Below are positions 35,522 through 45,676 of a DNA stretch of 64,000 nt, in pieces. Both the position numbers and the translations under genes were made by a program. The notes below the pieces were generated by a model. It saw only the letters and a program-made list of their open reading frames with translations, did no database searches and was not told where the DNA came from. Source of the DNA: Alphaproteobacteria bacterium (GTDB lineage Bacteria > Pseudomonadota > Alphaproteobacteria > Rs-D84 > SZUA-605); the NCBI GenBank assembly GCA_031549385.1, contig JAVBPW010000004.1:12043-76042 (forward strand), in the 5' to 3' direction. Numbering within the stretch: position 1 is the stretch's first letter; the number at the start of each line of letters is the position of its first letter.

Positions 35522-35791
35522 TTAATTTACTATAGGATAAACTTTATCTTTTTCATCCTCGCTAGTCCCATCAGCTCCATCTTCTTTTATATGAATATGT
35601 GGTTGAGGTTTATCAAATTCATGACATTCAACTCTTTTTGAAGTGTCGTCAACAGATGTAATAGTAAATCTATTTTTATCATCAAAGGTCATGCTTGAGG
35701 TTGCGTCTGAACCTACATGTTCTTTAATAATTTCAACGGCTTCTGAAGGTGTCACAGGTGGCATCATTTCATGATTTTTTTTATTGCTCAT
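35522..35791 (-). CDS. Hypothetical acidic protein (89 aa)
   Basis: ORF only. Asp/Glu-rich. Confidence 0.4.
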   Translation of the reverse strand: MSNKKNHEMMPPVTPSEAVEIIKEHVGSDATSSMTFDDKNRFTITSVDDTSKRVECHEFDKPQPHIHIKEDGADGTSEDEKDKVYPIVN

Positions 35792-35908
35792 AAAATTTTA
35801 TTTTTTATATGATTTATATGTTTATTTAATTAATACAATTTACATATAAAACGCAAACGCAAAATTGTCAATTATAATTAATAAGAACAAGTTCATAATA
35901 AATAAAAA

Positions 35909-36583
35909 CTATTTAACTAATTTTTCTAATATTTGTTGATTGCCAAGAAGATTTGTTCCAGCATCTTTAAATGAGCCAGATGTATTAAGAGTGTCAGTAA
36001 TCATTTCCATTCCAGAAATTCCAGAGCTTTTTAAAACTTTTTCTAAAACTCCACCCCAGACTTTAACTTTTTTAAATGTACATGTACTTTTTTGTGCTTT
36101 AGTAATTAATTTTTTTTCATCATCAGATAAAGATGACGACCATAGATAAGATAACTGTTGGGCAACTCTAGCAACTTCTCCACTATCTTCAGCAAAAGTT
36201 GAAAAAGGTTTAAGATCAATTTCTCCTGGCTTGAATTCTATTTTTTCAGGAGCTCCTTTTTTTTCAGAAGATTTTTTGATTTCTCTATTTTCAACATTTT
36301 TTGTAATCTCTTGTTGAATTCTTAATCCACTCATAACTTCTCCAGTTCCGCCGCCTTTAAGTTTTAATTCTGAATTATATTCCAAAGCAAGATAATAAAC
36401 TGTTCCAATTTCTGTTTCAGAAAATACGCAATCTTCATTAGATTGTTTTAAATTAGACGCAGTAGACTTCATTTCTTCAACATAGCCCATACCTTTAACT
36501 AAAAGTTCTGCATCAATTTGTGCAAACCCTGAATTAATAGGCAAAATTGCAGCTAATAAAGATAAAAAAGCTATTTTTTTCAA
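35909..36583 (-). CDS. Secreted hypothetical protein (224 aa)
   Basis: Signal peptide MKKIAFLSLLAAILPINSGFAQ. No family recognised. Confidence 0.5.
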   Translation of the reverse strand: MKKIAFLSLLAAILPINSGFAQIDAELLVKGMGYVEEMKSTASNLKQSNEDCVFSETEIGTVYYLALEYNSELKLKGGGTGEVMSGLRIQQEITKNVENREIKKSSEKKGAPEKIEFKPGEIDLKPFSTFAEDSGEVARVAQQLSYLWSSSLSDDEKKLITKAQKSTCTFKKVKVWGGVLEKVLKSSGISGMEMITDTLNTSGSFKDAGTNLLGNQQILEKLVK

Positions 36584-36695
36584 ATCAAACCCTCTCTGAC
36601 AGATATTATATCACAAAATTAGTCTAAAATTAAGCAAAAAATCAAAAAGGGCAAAATATATTGTTTTTAGCAAATATTCAATCTATAATAAGGAC

Positions 36696-39350
36696 ATGGA
36701 CAAGAGAAAATTATATTTAATAGACGCATCATCATTTATTTGGCGAGCTTTTTACGGACTGCCGCTTTTAACTAATTCAAAGGGTGCTTATGTTAATGCA
36801 ATAACGGGTTTTGGTACAATGATAGTAAGTTTTCTAACCAGTAAAAAGATAATAGAAAACGGAGATAAAGTTTTAATAATCTTTGATGCAGATCGTAATA
36901 ATTTTCGCCACGAAATTTATCCAGAATATAAAGGTAACCGCAAAGAGCCTCCAAAAGAAATAGTCCCGCAATTTGCTATAATAAAAGATATGGTAAAAGC
37001 GTTTGATTTACCTTCATTAGAAATCCTAGGTGTAGAAGCAGACGATTTAATAGCTTCATATGCAAAAAAAGCCAAAGAAACAGGGCAGGATGTAGTAATA
37101 ATTTCATCAGATAAAGATTTGATGCAATTAATCAATGGTCATATAAAAATGTATGACCCTATGAAAGATAAGTCTTATGAGATTGAAGATGTTATTGAAA
37201 AGTTTGGAGTAACTCCAGATCAAGTAGTAACCTATCAAGCAATCACGGGTGATGCTTCAGATAACATTCCAGGTATTCCGGGTCTTGGTCCAAAAGCTGC
37301 TCAAAGTTTAATTCAAGAATATAGTACATTAGATAATATTTTTGCAAATATTGATAAAATTACACCTATCTCAAAAAGGGAAAAAATCATAAATGGAAAA
37401 GAAAGTGCATTGATCTCGTATAGGTTAGCAATGTTAAAAAATGACATAGATTTACCTATTAAAATAGACTCCATAGAAGAGATTCATTTCAACGAAGAAA
37501 ATGTAATAAAGTTTTGTGAAGTTTATGGTTTAAACAAGGTAAAAACCACAGTGTTAAAACTAATGAATACAAAAAGTCGACAAACAAATATAATTTATAA
37601 ATCAAATAGATATGATAAAGACATAAAGGAAATTATAAACTTTAAAAAAGTCCATATTTATCCGTTTTTCGACAATAAAAAAATCTTTGAAAAAGGTCTT
37701 TCAGGACTAAGTATTTGTGATGACGTAAGTTCTTATTTTATACCTTTAAAAAAGTTAGGTCAAAAAGATTTATTTGCAGGTGATGATGATAATTTTAATG
37801 ATGAATTAAATAAAGAGAGTATAAAAATTTTCTTAAAATCTCTTTTTGAAGACAATTCAATACAAAAGATAATTTATGATACAAAAACATTGTTTCATGC
37901 ACTATCAAATGAGTATAATATAACTATAAATAATTATGAAGATGTTCATACTTTATTGTTTTCTGTTTTTGGTTTATCAAAAGGAATTGATTTTGAAACT
38001 TCTGCATTAAACATAACTCAAAGAACAATAGAAAAACAATATTCAGATAATAAAAAAGATTTCGAAAATCTTTCACAAAATTCTGCAACTGTAAAAAATG
38101 TTTATGATTTTATTATAGATAAAATTTCAAACAATCCAGAACAAGAAAAATTATATAAAGTGGTAGATAAACCATTAATAGAAATTTTATTTAAAATGGA
38201 ACAACAAGGTATCTTTTTTAATAAAGAAACGTTAAATGATTTAAAATCAGACTTTTCAAAAAGTTTATCATTATTGCAAGATGAAATTTATAAATTATCA
38301 GGTGAAGAATTTAATATAGCATCTCCAAAACAACTAGGTGAAGTGTTATTTGAAAAGATGAAATTACCTTATTCAGGAAAGAAAAAAGATAATTATGAAA
38401 CAGGGGTAAAACAGCTAAGCCTTTTATCGGAACAAGGATATAAAATAGCTGATTTACTGCTAGATTATCGTGCATTATCAAAACTTATATCAACATACAC
38501 TCAAACTTTAATAGATGAAATTTCACCATCAGATAAAAGAATTCATACAACATTTTTACAAAACAATGTAAACACAGGAAGGTTAGCTTCAGTTAATCCT
38601 AATTTACAAAATATTCCAATAAAAACGGAGTTAGGAAAAAGTATAAGAAAAGCATTTGTATCTAAAGAAGGTTACTCATTAATCAGCTGTGATTATTCAC
38701 AAATCGAACTTAGAATTATGGCGCATATAGCAAATGTAAAAAATCTAATTACAGCATTTGATAATAATGAAGATATTCACACATCAACAGCAAAGAAGAT
38801 TTTCAAAAAAGATGAAGTAGGTCCAACAGAAAGACGTTTTGCAAAAACAATAAATTTTGGAATAATTTATGGGATGTCATCATTTGGTTTATCTCAAAGT
38901 TTAAACATATCAAGAGAAGATGCAAAAGAATTTATAGATAAATATTTTGAAATCTATCCGGAAATTTTAACATATATGAAATCAAAACAAGAAGAAGCAA
39001 AAAACAATGGCTATGTGGAAACATTGTTTCACAGAAGATGTTTCTTTGGTACAGGTTCAAATGAGGGTTTGAATTATGTAAACCGTGCAGCTATAAATGC
39101 GCCAATCCAGGGAACTGCTGCAGACCTTCTTCGTATGGTAATGAACAAATTACCATCTAAGTTAGAAGAAAAGGGTTTATCAGCCAAATTACTCCTCCAA
39201 ATCCATGACGAATTGGTTTTGGAAGTAAAAGATGAGGAAATAGAAGCTACAAAAGAGGTTTTAAAGGAAGTTATGGAAAATATAGTAACTCTAGCAGTTC
39301 CGCTTAAAATCGACTCTTCTTCTGGCAAAACTCTATATGATATACATTAA
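36696..39350 (+). CDS. polA: DNA polymerase I
   Basis: 884 aa. N-terminal 5'-3' exonuclease/FEN motifs, and C-terminal polymerase motifs A (DYSQIELRIMAH), B (RRFAKTINFGIIYG) and C (QIHDELVLE). Confidence 0.9.
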   Translation: MDKRKLYLIDASSFIWRAFYGLPLLTNSKGAYVNAITGFGTMIVSFLTSKKIIENGDKVLIIFDADRNNFRHEIYPEYKGNRKEPPKEIVPQFAIIKDMVKAFDLPSLEILGVEADDLIASYAKKAKETGQDVVIISSDKDLMQLINGHIKMYDPMKDKSYEIEDVIEKFGVTPDQVVTYQAITGDASDNIPGIPGLGPKAAQSLIQEYSTLDNIFANIDKITPISKREKIINGKESALISYRLAMLKNDIDLPIKIDSIEEIHFNEENVIKFCEVYGLNKVKTTVLKLMNTKSRQTNIIYKSNRYDKDIKEIINFKKVHIYPFFDNKKIFEKGLSGLSICDDVSSYFIPLKKLGQKDLFAGDDDNFNDELNKESIKIFLKSLFEDNSIQKIIYDTKTLFHALSNEYNITINNYEDVHTLLFSVFGLSKGIDFETSALNITQRTIEKQYSDNKKDFENLSQNSATVKNVYDFIIDKISNNPEQEKLYKVVDKPLIEILFKMEQQGIFFNKETLNDLKSDFSKSLSLLQDEIYKLSGEEFNIASPKQLGEVLFEKMKLPYSGKKKDNYETGVKQLSLLSEQGYKIADLLLDYRALSKLISTYTQTLIDEISPSDKRIHTTFLQNNVNTGRLASVNPNLQNIPIKTELGKSIRKAFVSKEGYSLISCDYSQIELRIMAHIANVKNLITAFDNNEDIHTSTAKKIFKKDEVGPTERRFAKTINFGIIYGMSSFGLSQSLNISREDAKEFIDKYFEIYPEILTYMKSKQEEAKNNGYVETLFHRRCFFGTGSNEGLNYVNRAAINAPIQGTAADLLRMVMNKLPSKLEEKGLSAKLLLQIHDELVLEVKDEEIEATKEVLKEVMENIVTLAVPLKIDSSSGKTLYDIH

Positions 39351-39425
39351 TTAGTTGACAATTTAACAAATTTTTCTTATATTAGGTTTAAACTTAAAAT
39401 AAGTAATAAATTTAAACCTATAGTT

Positions 39426-39905
39426 ATGTATAATAAAGAATATTTCGAGCAAATGTTTGGAGTTGATTCAAGATTTGTGGTAGAATGGGTAGTAATTGTT
39501 TCTATCGGAAAAGAAAAAATTTTTGGAACAACTCTTCTTTCTGATTATCCGTTAAATATTATGCGGTATCAAGAAACTGATCATTATGAAGTAGGGCAAA
39601 AAATTCCCTGCTTAATGCGAAAACAAAATGGGCAATATCCTGAGTATGTTGTTCCTATCGAAAAAATCAAAAAGTTCCGTCGGGAAGGTTGCGAGGAAGA
39701 AAATGGTTCAATAGTGTTTGAGGATGATGAAAGAGATCTTTTTTATCTTTGGTTTGATGATCCGGAAATGAAAAAAGTTTCTTCCGTATGGACAGATTAT
39801 AAAATTGATAAAGATCTTCCTTTGTTTCCAATTGTTTGTGTATCTCCAACGGAATGTTTTGTCATAGATGACAGGCGTATTGTTGCCGCGCTAACTGATT
39901 GGTAA
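39426..39905 (+). CDS. Hypothetical protein (159 aa)
   Basis: ORF only. Followed by a terminator. Confidence 0.4.
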   Translation: MYNKEYFEQMFGVDSRFVVEWVVIVSIGKEKIFGTTLLSDYPLNIMRYQETDHYEVGQKIPCLMRKQNGQYPEYVVPIEKIKKFRREGCEEENGSIVFEDDERDLFYLWFDDPEMKKVSSVWTDYKIDKDLPLFPIVCVSPTECFVIDDRRIVAALTDW

Positions 39906-39924
39906 TTTTCAAAATTTACGTATA

Positions 39925-39950
39925 AAAGCTGAGATTTTCAGCTTTTTTTA
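39925..39950 (+). terminator. Terminator (agctg-agatttt-cagct + TTTTTTT) overlapping the uvrC stop
   Basis: 5-bp stem plus a 7-T run after the 39426..39905 CDS. Confidence 0.5.
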
Positions 39951-41737
39951 TTATATTGATTATCAAAAAACTTCTTTATATTTTCAGCAATATTTTTTGA
40001 AATCCCATTAACTTTCATAAGTTCAGAAATGCTAGCTTCTTTAATGTTTACAACACTTCCAAAATAATTCATTAAAGCTTTTCTCTTTCCGTCTCCTATA
40101 CCTTCAATCTTATCAAGTTCAGAAGTAAAATTAGTTTTCATTCTTTTCTTTTGATTTCGAGTAATAGCAAATCTATGAACTTCATCACGCAATCTTTCTA
40201 AAAATAAAAGTTGTGGAGTTCCTTTTTCATATTTAATAGTTTCTCCATTACTTAAGTAAATAGTTTCATCACGAGAATTTCGAGTTTCACCTTTAGCAAT
40301 ACATGCAATAAGTATATCTAATTTTAATTCATCTAAAACGAGCTTTACTGCATTAAGTTGTGTTCGACCTCCATCTATTAAAATAAGATCAGGAAGTCTT
40401 TCTTTTTTCTGATAACGTCTAAAAATAGTTTCATTCATCATCTTTAAATCATCTCCATTGGTAGAAGATGATAAGTTGTAATATCTGTAATCATTCTTAC
40501 TAAACTTCTCATTACTAAAAACAATCATAGCTCCAATTGGACTAGTCTTTGCCAAATGAGAATTATCAAAAACTTCAATTTTTGCCAAATTGGACTTCGT
40601 TTTAAAATCATCTTTTATTAAATTAAGTGTAAATTTTAACTCTTTGATAGATAAAGATTTTTCATCTAACAGTCTTTTAGCATTTTCTTCATATTGTTTC
40701 ATAAATTCTAATTTTGTACTTGTCTTAGGAACAAGGATTTGCACTTTAAGTGCATCCTCTAAAAGTTTATGATTTTCTACTTCTTTATTAACATATATTG
40801 TCTTAGGTAAAAGATTGGTTTTATAAAATTGAGATATAAATTGTTCTAAAATTTCTCCTTCAGACAAGTCATCAATTTGTTTAGGGAAAAATTTATCAAA
40901 TCCCTTAAAAAATCCGTTTTCAAAAAAGTTAGCAACTATACAACATTTGTCTTCATCTTTATAAATACAAAAAACATGTGCATTTTCTTTTTTGAAAACA
41001 TTAACTAAACTTGTTCCAATAATATTATTAATAGATTTAATTTTATCTCGAATATTTCCTGCTTTTTCAAATTCCATATTTTTACTAAAACAATTCATTT
41101 GTTCTATAAGGTCAGTTTTTAAGTTATCGTTTTTACCTTTTAAAAAATCAATAGCATCTTTAACATTTCTTTTATAGTCTTCTTCTGAAATCATGTCACA
41201 GCAAGGTCCAGAGCATTTTTTTATTTGATATAATAAGCATGGTCTAACTCTATTTTTAAAAAAGTTATTATTACATGTTCTTATACCAAAAACTGTTTGT
41301 AAAATTTTCATAACTTCATCAACAGAAGCAATGGATGCAAAAGGTCCAAAATATGTAACTCCTTTTACATTGCCTCTATATTTAGAAATTCGTGGAAACT
41401 TATCATCGGTGAAAATAATATAAGGATATGTTTTATCGTCCATCAATAAAATATTATAAGGTGGTTCAAATTTTTTAATTAAATCACCTTCAAGTATAAA
41501 TGCTTCTTCTTCTGATTTAGTAACAATAGTTTCAATATTAACAGTCTTAGAAATCATAACTTGATTTTTATAAACCAGGTTATTGTATTGCAAATAGGAT
41601 TTAAGTCTTTTTTGTAAATTTTTAGCCTTTCCGACATACAAAATAGCATTGTTTTTATCAAGCATTTGATAAACGCCACTTTTGGTAGAGGCGTTATCTA
41701 TGATTTTTTTTAAAATTTCCAGGTTCTTTTTAATCAT
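39938..41737 (-). CDS. uvrC: Excinuclease ABC subunit C
   Basis: 599 aa. N-terminal GIY-YIG (GVYQMLDKNNAILYVGKAKNLQKRL), UvrBC homology region and C-terminal RNase H-like/HhH region. Confidence 0.9.
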   Translation of the reverse strand: MIKKNLEILKKIIDNASTKSGVYQMLDKNNAILYVGKAKNLQKRLKSYLQYNNLVYKNQVMISKTVNIETIVTKSEEEAFILEGDLIKKFEPPYNILLMDDKTYPYIIFTDDKFPRISKYRGNVKGVTYFGPFASIASVDEVMKILQTVFGIRTCNNNFFKNRVRPCLLYQIKKCSGPCCDMISEEDYKRNVKDAIDFLKGKNDNLKTDLIEQMNCFSKNMEFEKAGNIRDKIKSINNIIGTSLVNVFKKENAHVFCIYKDEDKCCIVANFFENGFFKGFDKFFPKQIDDLSEGEILEQFISQFYKTNLLPKTIYVNKEVENHKLLEDALKVQILVPKTSTKLEFMKQYEENAKRLLDEKSLSIKELKFTLNLIKDDFKTKSNLAKIEVFDNSHLAKTSPIGAMIVFSNEKFSKNDYRYYNLSSSTNGDDLKMMNETIFRRYQKKERLPDLILIDGGRTQLNAVKLVLDELKLDILIACIAKGETRNSRDETIYLSNGETIKYEKGTPQLLFLERLRDEVHRFAITRNQKKRMKTNFTSELDKIEGIGDGKRKALMNYFGSVVNIKEASISELMKVNGISKNIAENIKKFFDNQYNKKS

Positions 41738-41806
41738 TTTTTCTTTATTTCTCGGCTATTTTGTGGTATAATGTGACCATCATCACAATAACTATAGGAG
41801 AAAGAA

Positions 41807-42277
41807 ATGGTAAAATCAACAAGAGAATCAGGAAGAACTATGATTGAAACACTGGGTGTGTTGGCTATCATAGGTATTTTAACAATCGGATCAATTGGAT
41901 TATATTCGATAGCGATGCGTCAGCTTAATCGTTCACAAGCTGTTCAAGACGTTCAATTGCTCGTTCAACAAATTCGTTCAGTTTTTTCAGGTGCTGAAGA
42001 TTACAGTCGTGTAGACAGTGGTATTATTATAGCATCTGGTTTAAAAGAAGCTAATCCATTTGGTGGAAAATATGTAGTTACTCCAGGAAAAACTGATACA
42101 AAGACATTTGATATTCAAATGACAGGTTTAGGAAAATCAGACTGTGAATACTTTAAAATATACAATTGGGAAGATTCTGTAGAACATCAGAAGACAAAAC
42201 AAGGCGGAGCAACAGCTCAACCAGTTAACTGTAATGATGCAAACAGTCAAAACATAATAACTATTACATACAGATAG
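41807..42277 (+). CDS. Type IV pilin / pseudopilin-like protein with class-III (prepilin) signal
   Basis: SD AGGAGAAAG. Leader MVKSTRESG, then RTMIETLGVLAIIGILTIGSIGL with Glu at +5 and a hydrophobic alpha1 helix. C-terminal Cys pair (CEYF...C) as in pilins. Confidence 0.6.
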   Translation: MVKSTRESGRTMIETLGVLAIIGILTIGSIGLYSIAMRQLNRSQAVQDVQLLVQQIRSVFSGAEDYSRVDSGIIIASGLKEANPFGGKYVVTPGKTDTKTFDIQMTGLGKSDCEYFKIYNWEDSVEHQKTKQGGATAQPVNCNDANSQNIITITYR

Positions 42278-42347
42278 TAGTTTATTAAAAAATAAGAGGT
42301 AGGCCAAAAGCTTGCCTTTTTTATTTAATTTATGATATAATCAACCT

Positions 42348-43706
42348 ATGGAAATCAAAATAGACAGTTTTAGTGGCTCAAAGAAACCGTTCTCTCATCA
42401 AGTTCAAACTGCTGAGTTTTTAATCAATCAAAAGAAATGTTTGTGTTTAAATGGAATTGGAAGCGGCAAAACTCTTTCAACTTATTGGGCTCTTGATTAT
42501 CTTATAAGTCATGGCTTAGCAAAAAAAGTATTGGTTCTGACAACATTATCAACAATAATAGATACTCATTATCAAACTTTAGCGGATCAATTTCCTCATC
42601 TTTTTGTAACTTACAGTTTTGGAAAGAAAGAAGATAAAGTAAAAGCGTTAAGAAAAAGTGCTAATGTTTATATATTGAATCATGACTCTGCAAGAACGAT
42701 GTTTACAGAAATAATGGAAGCAAATTTTGATGTAGTAATAGTAGATGAAGTGTCATTATTTAAAAACCGCACAAGCTTACGTACTAAGTGTTTAAGAAAG
42801 ATAGTTAGATCAAAAAATTGCAATTATTTTTGGGGGTTAACTGGAACTCCGTGTGCGAATAATAATCCTATTAATGCATGGACATTAAAAGATATATTTT
42901 CAGATCCAGATATTAATTTTATGAAATTTAGATATCAAACAATGATAGCAATTCAAAAAAGAAATTCATGGATAAAATTTTATAAACCAAAACCAAACAT
43001 TCAAAACGATATAATAAATATTTTGCAACCATCAATAAGAATAGAGCCGCCAGCAGAATTTTTTATTGAAGAATTACCGCCAGAATTAAGATACTGTCCT
43101 TTATCAGAAGAATTCAGGGCAGAGTATAATGATGTGTTAAAATCAATGCAGGCAACTAAAAACAATCCAGATGCTTTGTCTGCTCAATTTATAAAATTAC
43201 GTATGTTGCAATGTGGGTATTCTAAGGATAAAGAGTTAGTAAATTTCACATCTAAAATAGAAGAATGTAAAAACATAATAGACGACTCTGAAAACAAAAT
43301 AATTATCTTTTGTCCATACATAGAACCGCTAAAGCAAACACAAAAAGAATTGTCAAAACAATACGATACGACTTGTATATATGGTGATACTTCAGCAGAA
43401 GAAAGAGCTAAAATTTTTGCAGAATTTCAAAATTCTGACAAGTATAAAGTGTTGGTTGCTCACCCAAACTGTATGGCTCATGGTATAACTTTAACCAGAG
43501 CTAATATAGTAATCTATTTTTCTCCACCAAATGGTACGGAAATATATATTCAATCAAAGGGAAGGGTAAAAAGATATGGGCAAAAGTTTCCAATAAAGAT
43601 AGTTCAATTGTATTCAAGTTTAATTGAAAAGAAAATGTACTACAAGTTAGATAATAATGAAGATTTCCAAAATGATATATTGGAATTAATTCAAAATAAA
43701 GAATAA
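42348..43706 (+). CDS. SF2 helicase, SNF2/DEAD-like (452 aa), standalone
   Basis: Motif I GIGSGKT, motif II VIVDEVS, motif III LTGTP, motif VI QSKGRVKRYGQ. No additional domains seen. Confidence 0.55.
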   Translation: MEIKIDSFSGSKKPFSHQVQTAEFLINQKKCLCLNGIGSGKTLSTYWALDYLISHGLAKKVLVLTTLSTIIDTHYQTLADQFPHLFVTYSFGKKEDKVKALRKSANVYILNHDSARTMFTEIMEANFDVVIVDEVSLFKNRTSLRTKCLRKIVRSKNCNYFWGLTGTPCANNNPINAWTLKDIFSDPDINFMKFRYQTMIAIQKRNSWIKFYKPKPNIQNDIINILQPSIRIEPPAEFFIEELPPELRYCPLSEEFRAEYNDVLKSMQATKNNPDALSAQFIKLRMLQCGYSKDKELVNFTSKIEECKNIIDDSENKIIIFCPYIEPLKQTQKELSKQYDTTCIYGDTSAEERAKIFAEFQNSDKYKVLVAHPNCMAHGITLTRANIVIYFSPPNGTEIYIQSKGRVKRYGQKFPIKIVQLYSSLIEKKMYYKLDNNEDFQNDILELIQNKE

Positions 43707-43707
43707 A

Positions 43708-43738
43708 AAAGGTTAGAAAATTTCTAACCTTTTTTATT
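43708..43738 (+). terminator. Strong rho-independent terminator (aggttagaaa/tttctaacct + TTTTT)
   Basis: Perfect 10-nt inverted repeat directly after the helicase stop. Confidence 0.75.
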
Positions 43739-43881
43739 TAAAGCTTCTTGGGTCTTTTAAAAATTCATCATACTTTAAAGTAAATATTGTTTTGAAATCT
43801 GGTTTTTTAAAAACTGCATCAACAAATTTATAAAATTAATTTAATTAAAATTCTAATATGAAATTATTGATTGTCAATTGA

Positions 43882-44481
43882 TTATTTAAGGTATTCGCTG
43901 AGTTTAGCTAAAACTTTATTTAAAGTGATAAATGTAGGTTCATCATGAGTTTCCACAACTATATCTGCTTCTTGATAAACGGGGTATCTCATTTCAATTA
44001 ATTTTTGTAAAATCTTTCGTGGTTTATCACGCAAAAGAATAGGGCGTCCATCTTTACGATTTGTGCGTTTTACAAGTAAATCTAAATCAGCTTTAAGCCA
44101 AATAGAAATTCCATTCTTTTTTATAATAGCTCTAGTATTTTTATTAATGAATGCTCCTTCACCAGTTGAAAGAATTTTTATTAAAGGTGGTGTTTCGATA
44201 ACGCGTCTAACTACGCTAGTTTCTCCCTTTCGAAAGTATTCTTCACCATGCATAGAAAATATATCGGAAATGGAAAGTCCTGAAGCTTTTTCAATCTCAT
44301 GATCTGAATCCATAAATACAAGGTCTAATTTAGTTGCAAGTTTTTTTCCAATGGAAGTTTTACCTGCTCCCATTAAGCCTACTAATATAATAGGTTTGTT
44401 AATCTTACGCTTTAATTCCTCTAAATTAAATTGTGTTTCAGTCATAAAAATGATTATAGAATATAAATGAAAAAAAATCAA
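43882..44481 (-). CDS. aroK: Shikimate kinase
   Basis: Walker A GLMGAGKTSIGKKLA, shikimate-binding and lid regions, about 170-aa core. The true start may be the internal Met at 44445 (MTETQF...). Confidence 0.8.
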   Translation of the reverse strand: MIFFHLYSIIIFMTETQFNLEELKRKINKPIILVGLMGAGKTSIGKKLATKLDLVFMDSDHEIEKASGLSISDIFSMHGEEYFRKGETSVVRRVIETPPLIKILSTGEGAFINKNTRAIIKKNGISIWLKADLDLLVKRTNRKDGRPILLRDKPRKILQKLIEMRYPVYQEADIVVETHDEPTFITLNKVLAKLSEYLK

Positions 44482-44512
44482 TTAAAAGCTTTGTATTAAA
44501 AGAAGAAATGTG

Positions 44513-44803
44513 TTATATGGTTTTATTTTTTCTTATCCAAATCCACTTTTCTTCAGGAAGCCATCCTTGGTAGTTTCCTGTAGAAATGTCAATGTTTGAA
44601 ATAAAAAATCTATTATTTGGTAACGCTTTTTTAAATCTTTCATATAATACATTTATTTCAGTGTTAGAGGTTAGTAAATAAACACCGGGTACAATACGTA
44701 GCCAATTTAAACACATATCTAGTTTTTGTTTTAATATCTCGGTGCTATAAATCTGTGTAGTGTCTATAGTTAGGATTAAATTTCTTTTATTTACCATTTT
44801 CAA
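44513..44803 (-). CDS. Hypothetical protein (96 aa)
   Basis: ORF only. Overlaps the upstream 2-TM ORF by 17 nt, suggesting co-translation. Confidence 0.35.
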   Translation of the reverse strand: MKMVNKRNLILTIDTTQIYSTEILKQKLDMCLNWLRIVPGVYLLTSNTEINVLYERFKKALPNNRFFISNIDISTGNYQGWLPEEKWIWIRKNKTI

Positions 44804-45194
44804 CCTCTTGTTTATCTGGATTTAAATGAGTTAAATTTGTAATTTCCATAGCTGGTAGTTCTTGGTGTTTTGTTGGGTTTAAATAAATATCTCCATTTTT
44901 ATTATCTGGCATTCCTTGTTCAAGTATAGTCATTCGTTCAATATGTTTTTCACTTTGTAATCTTTTAGGGTCTTTTATTGCAAACCATATTCCTATAAAA
45001 GTTATTAGTATTATTGATAATAGTAAAATTATTACAGCAATTATTTGTATAAAAAGAATGTTTACACATATTAATAGTATAGTCATTAATAAGGAAATGC
45101 CTAACCCGTATTGAACAAAACTGGTTAACACATTTTTTTGTTCTCGTACATTGAAAGCTACACCTTGTTTTATATTTAATCCAAACTTGGTCAT
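44787..45194 (-). CDS. Hypothetical membrane protein (135 aa, 2 TM)
   Basis: Two long hydrophobic helices (LGISLLMTILLICVNILFIQIIAVIILLLSIILITFIGIWFAI). Confidence 0.4.
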   Translation of the reverse strand: MTKFGLNIKQGVAFNVREQKNVLTSFVQYGLGISLLMTILLICVNILFIQIIAVIILLLSIILITFIGIWFAIKDPKRLQSEKHIERMTILEQGMPDNKNGDIYLNPTKHQELPAMEITNLTHLNPDKQEVENGK

Positions 45195-45364
45195 TTATTG
45201 CCTTTTATCTAAATTTTAATGTTTAAAATCATATTAAAATATAGATATTTAAAAATCAATTATAAAATGTTTGAGGTAAAATGGAGGCGGCACTTTTTTC
45301 GTTTAGGGAAGGGAAGGAGAAAAAGAAATGCCGCCATATGTTTGCAAGGATAATATAGTGATGA

Positions 45365-45676
45365 TTAATCACTTTCTCCATGCTCAATTAAAAAATTACA
45401 TTCATCAATTAAAAATGATGTAATTTTACCTAAACTTTCTGTATTTATTCTGTAAGTTATTGTTTTACCGATTTTTTCAGAATTAACAAGTCCAGAATTT
45501 TCAAGTTCTTTTAAGTGGAAAGAGAGTGTTCCTGATGAAATATTAACTTTTTTAAGCAAATCAGAAGGTTTAAGCCCTTCGTCATTAGCTTTAATAAGTA
45601 AGCGAAAGATAATAAATCTTGTTTCTTGAGCAAGATTATTAAAAATCTTTATAAGACTGATATTGTTATTTTTCAT
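45365..45676 (-). CDS. ArsR/SmtB-family transcriptional regulator
   Basis: 103 aa. Winged-HTH segment LSQALGISQSAVSHHL-like pattern (VNISSGTLSFHLKELENSGLV). Confidence 0.7.
   Translation of the reverse strand: MKNNNISLIKIFNNLAQETRFIIFRLLIKANDEGLKPSDLLKKVNISSGTLSFHLKELENSGLVNSEKIGKTITYRINTESLGKITSFLIDECNFLIEHGESD

Noticed and set aside
39351-39425. Possible terminator after polA (aggtttaaa…tttaaacct).
   Set aside because: Stem is entirely A/T with a 17-nt loop. Too weak to call.
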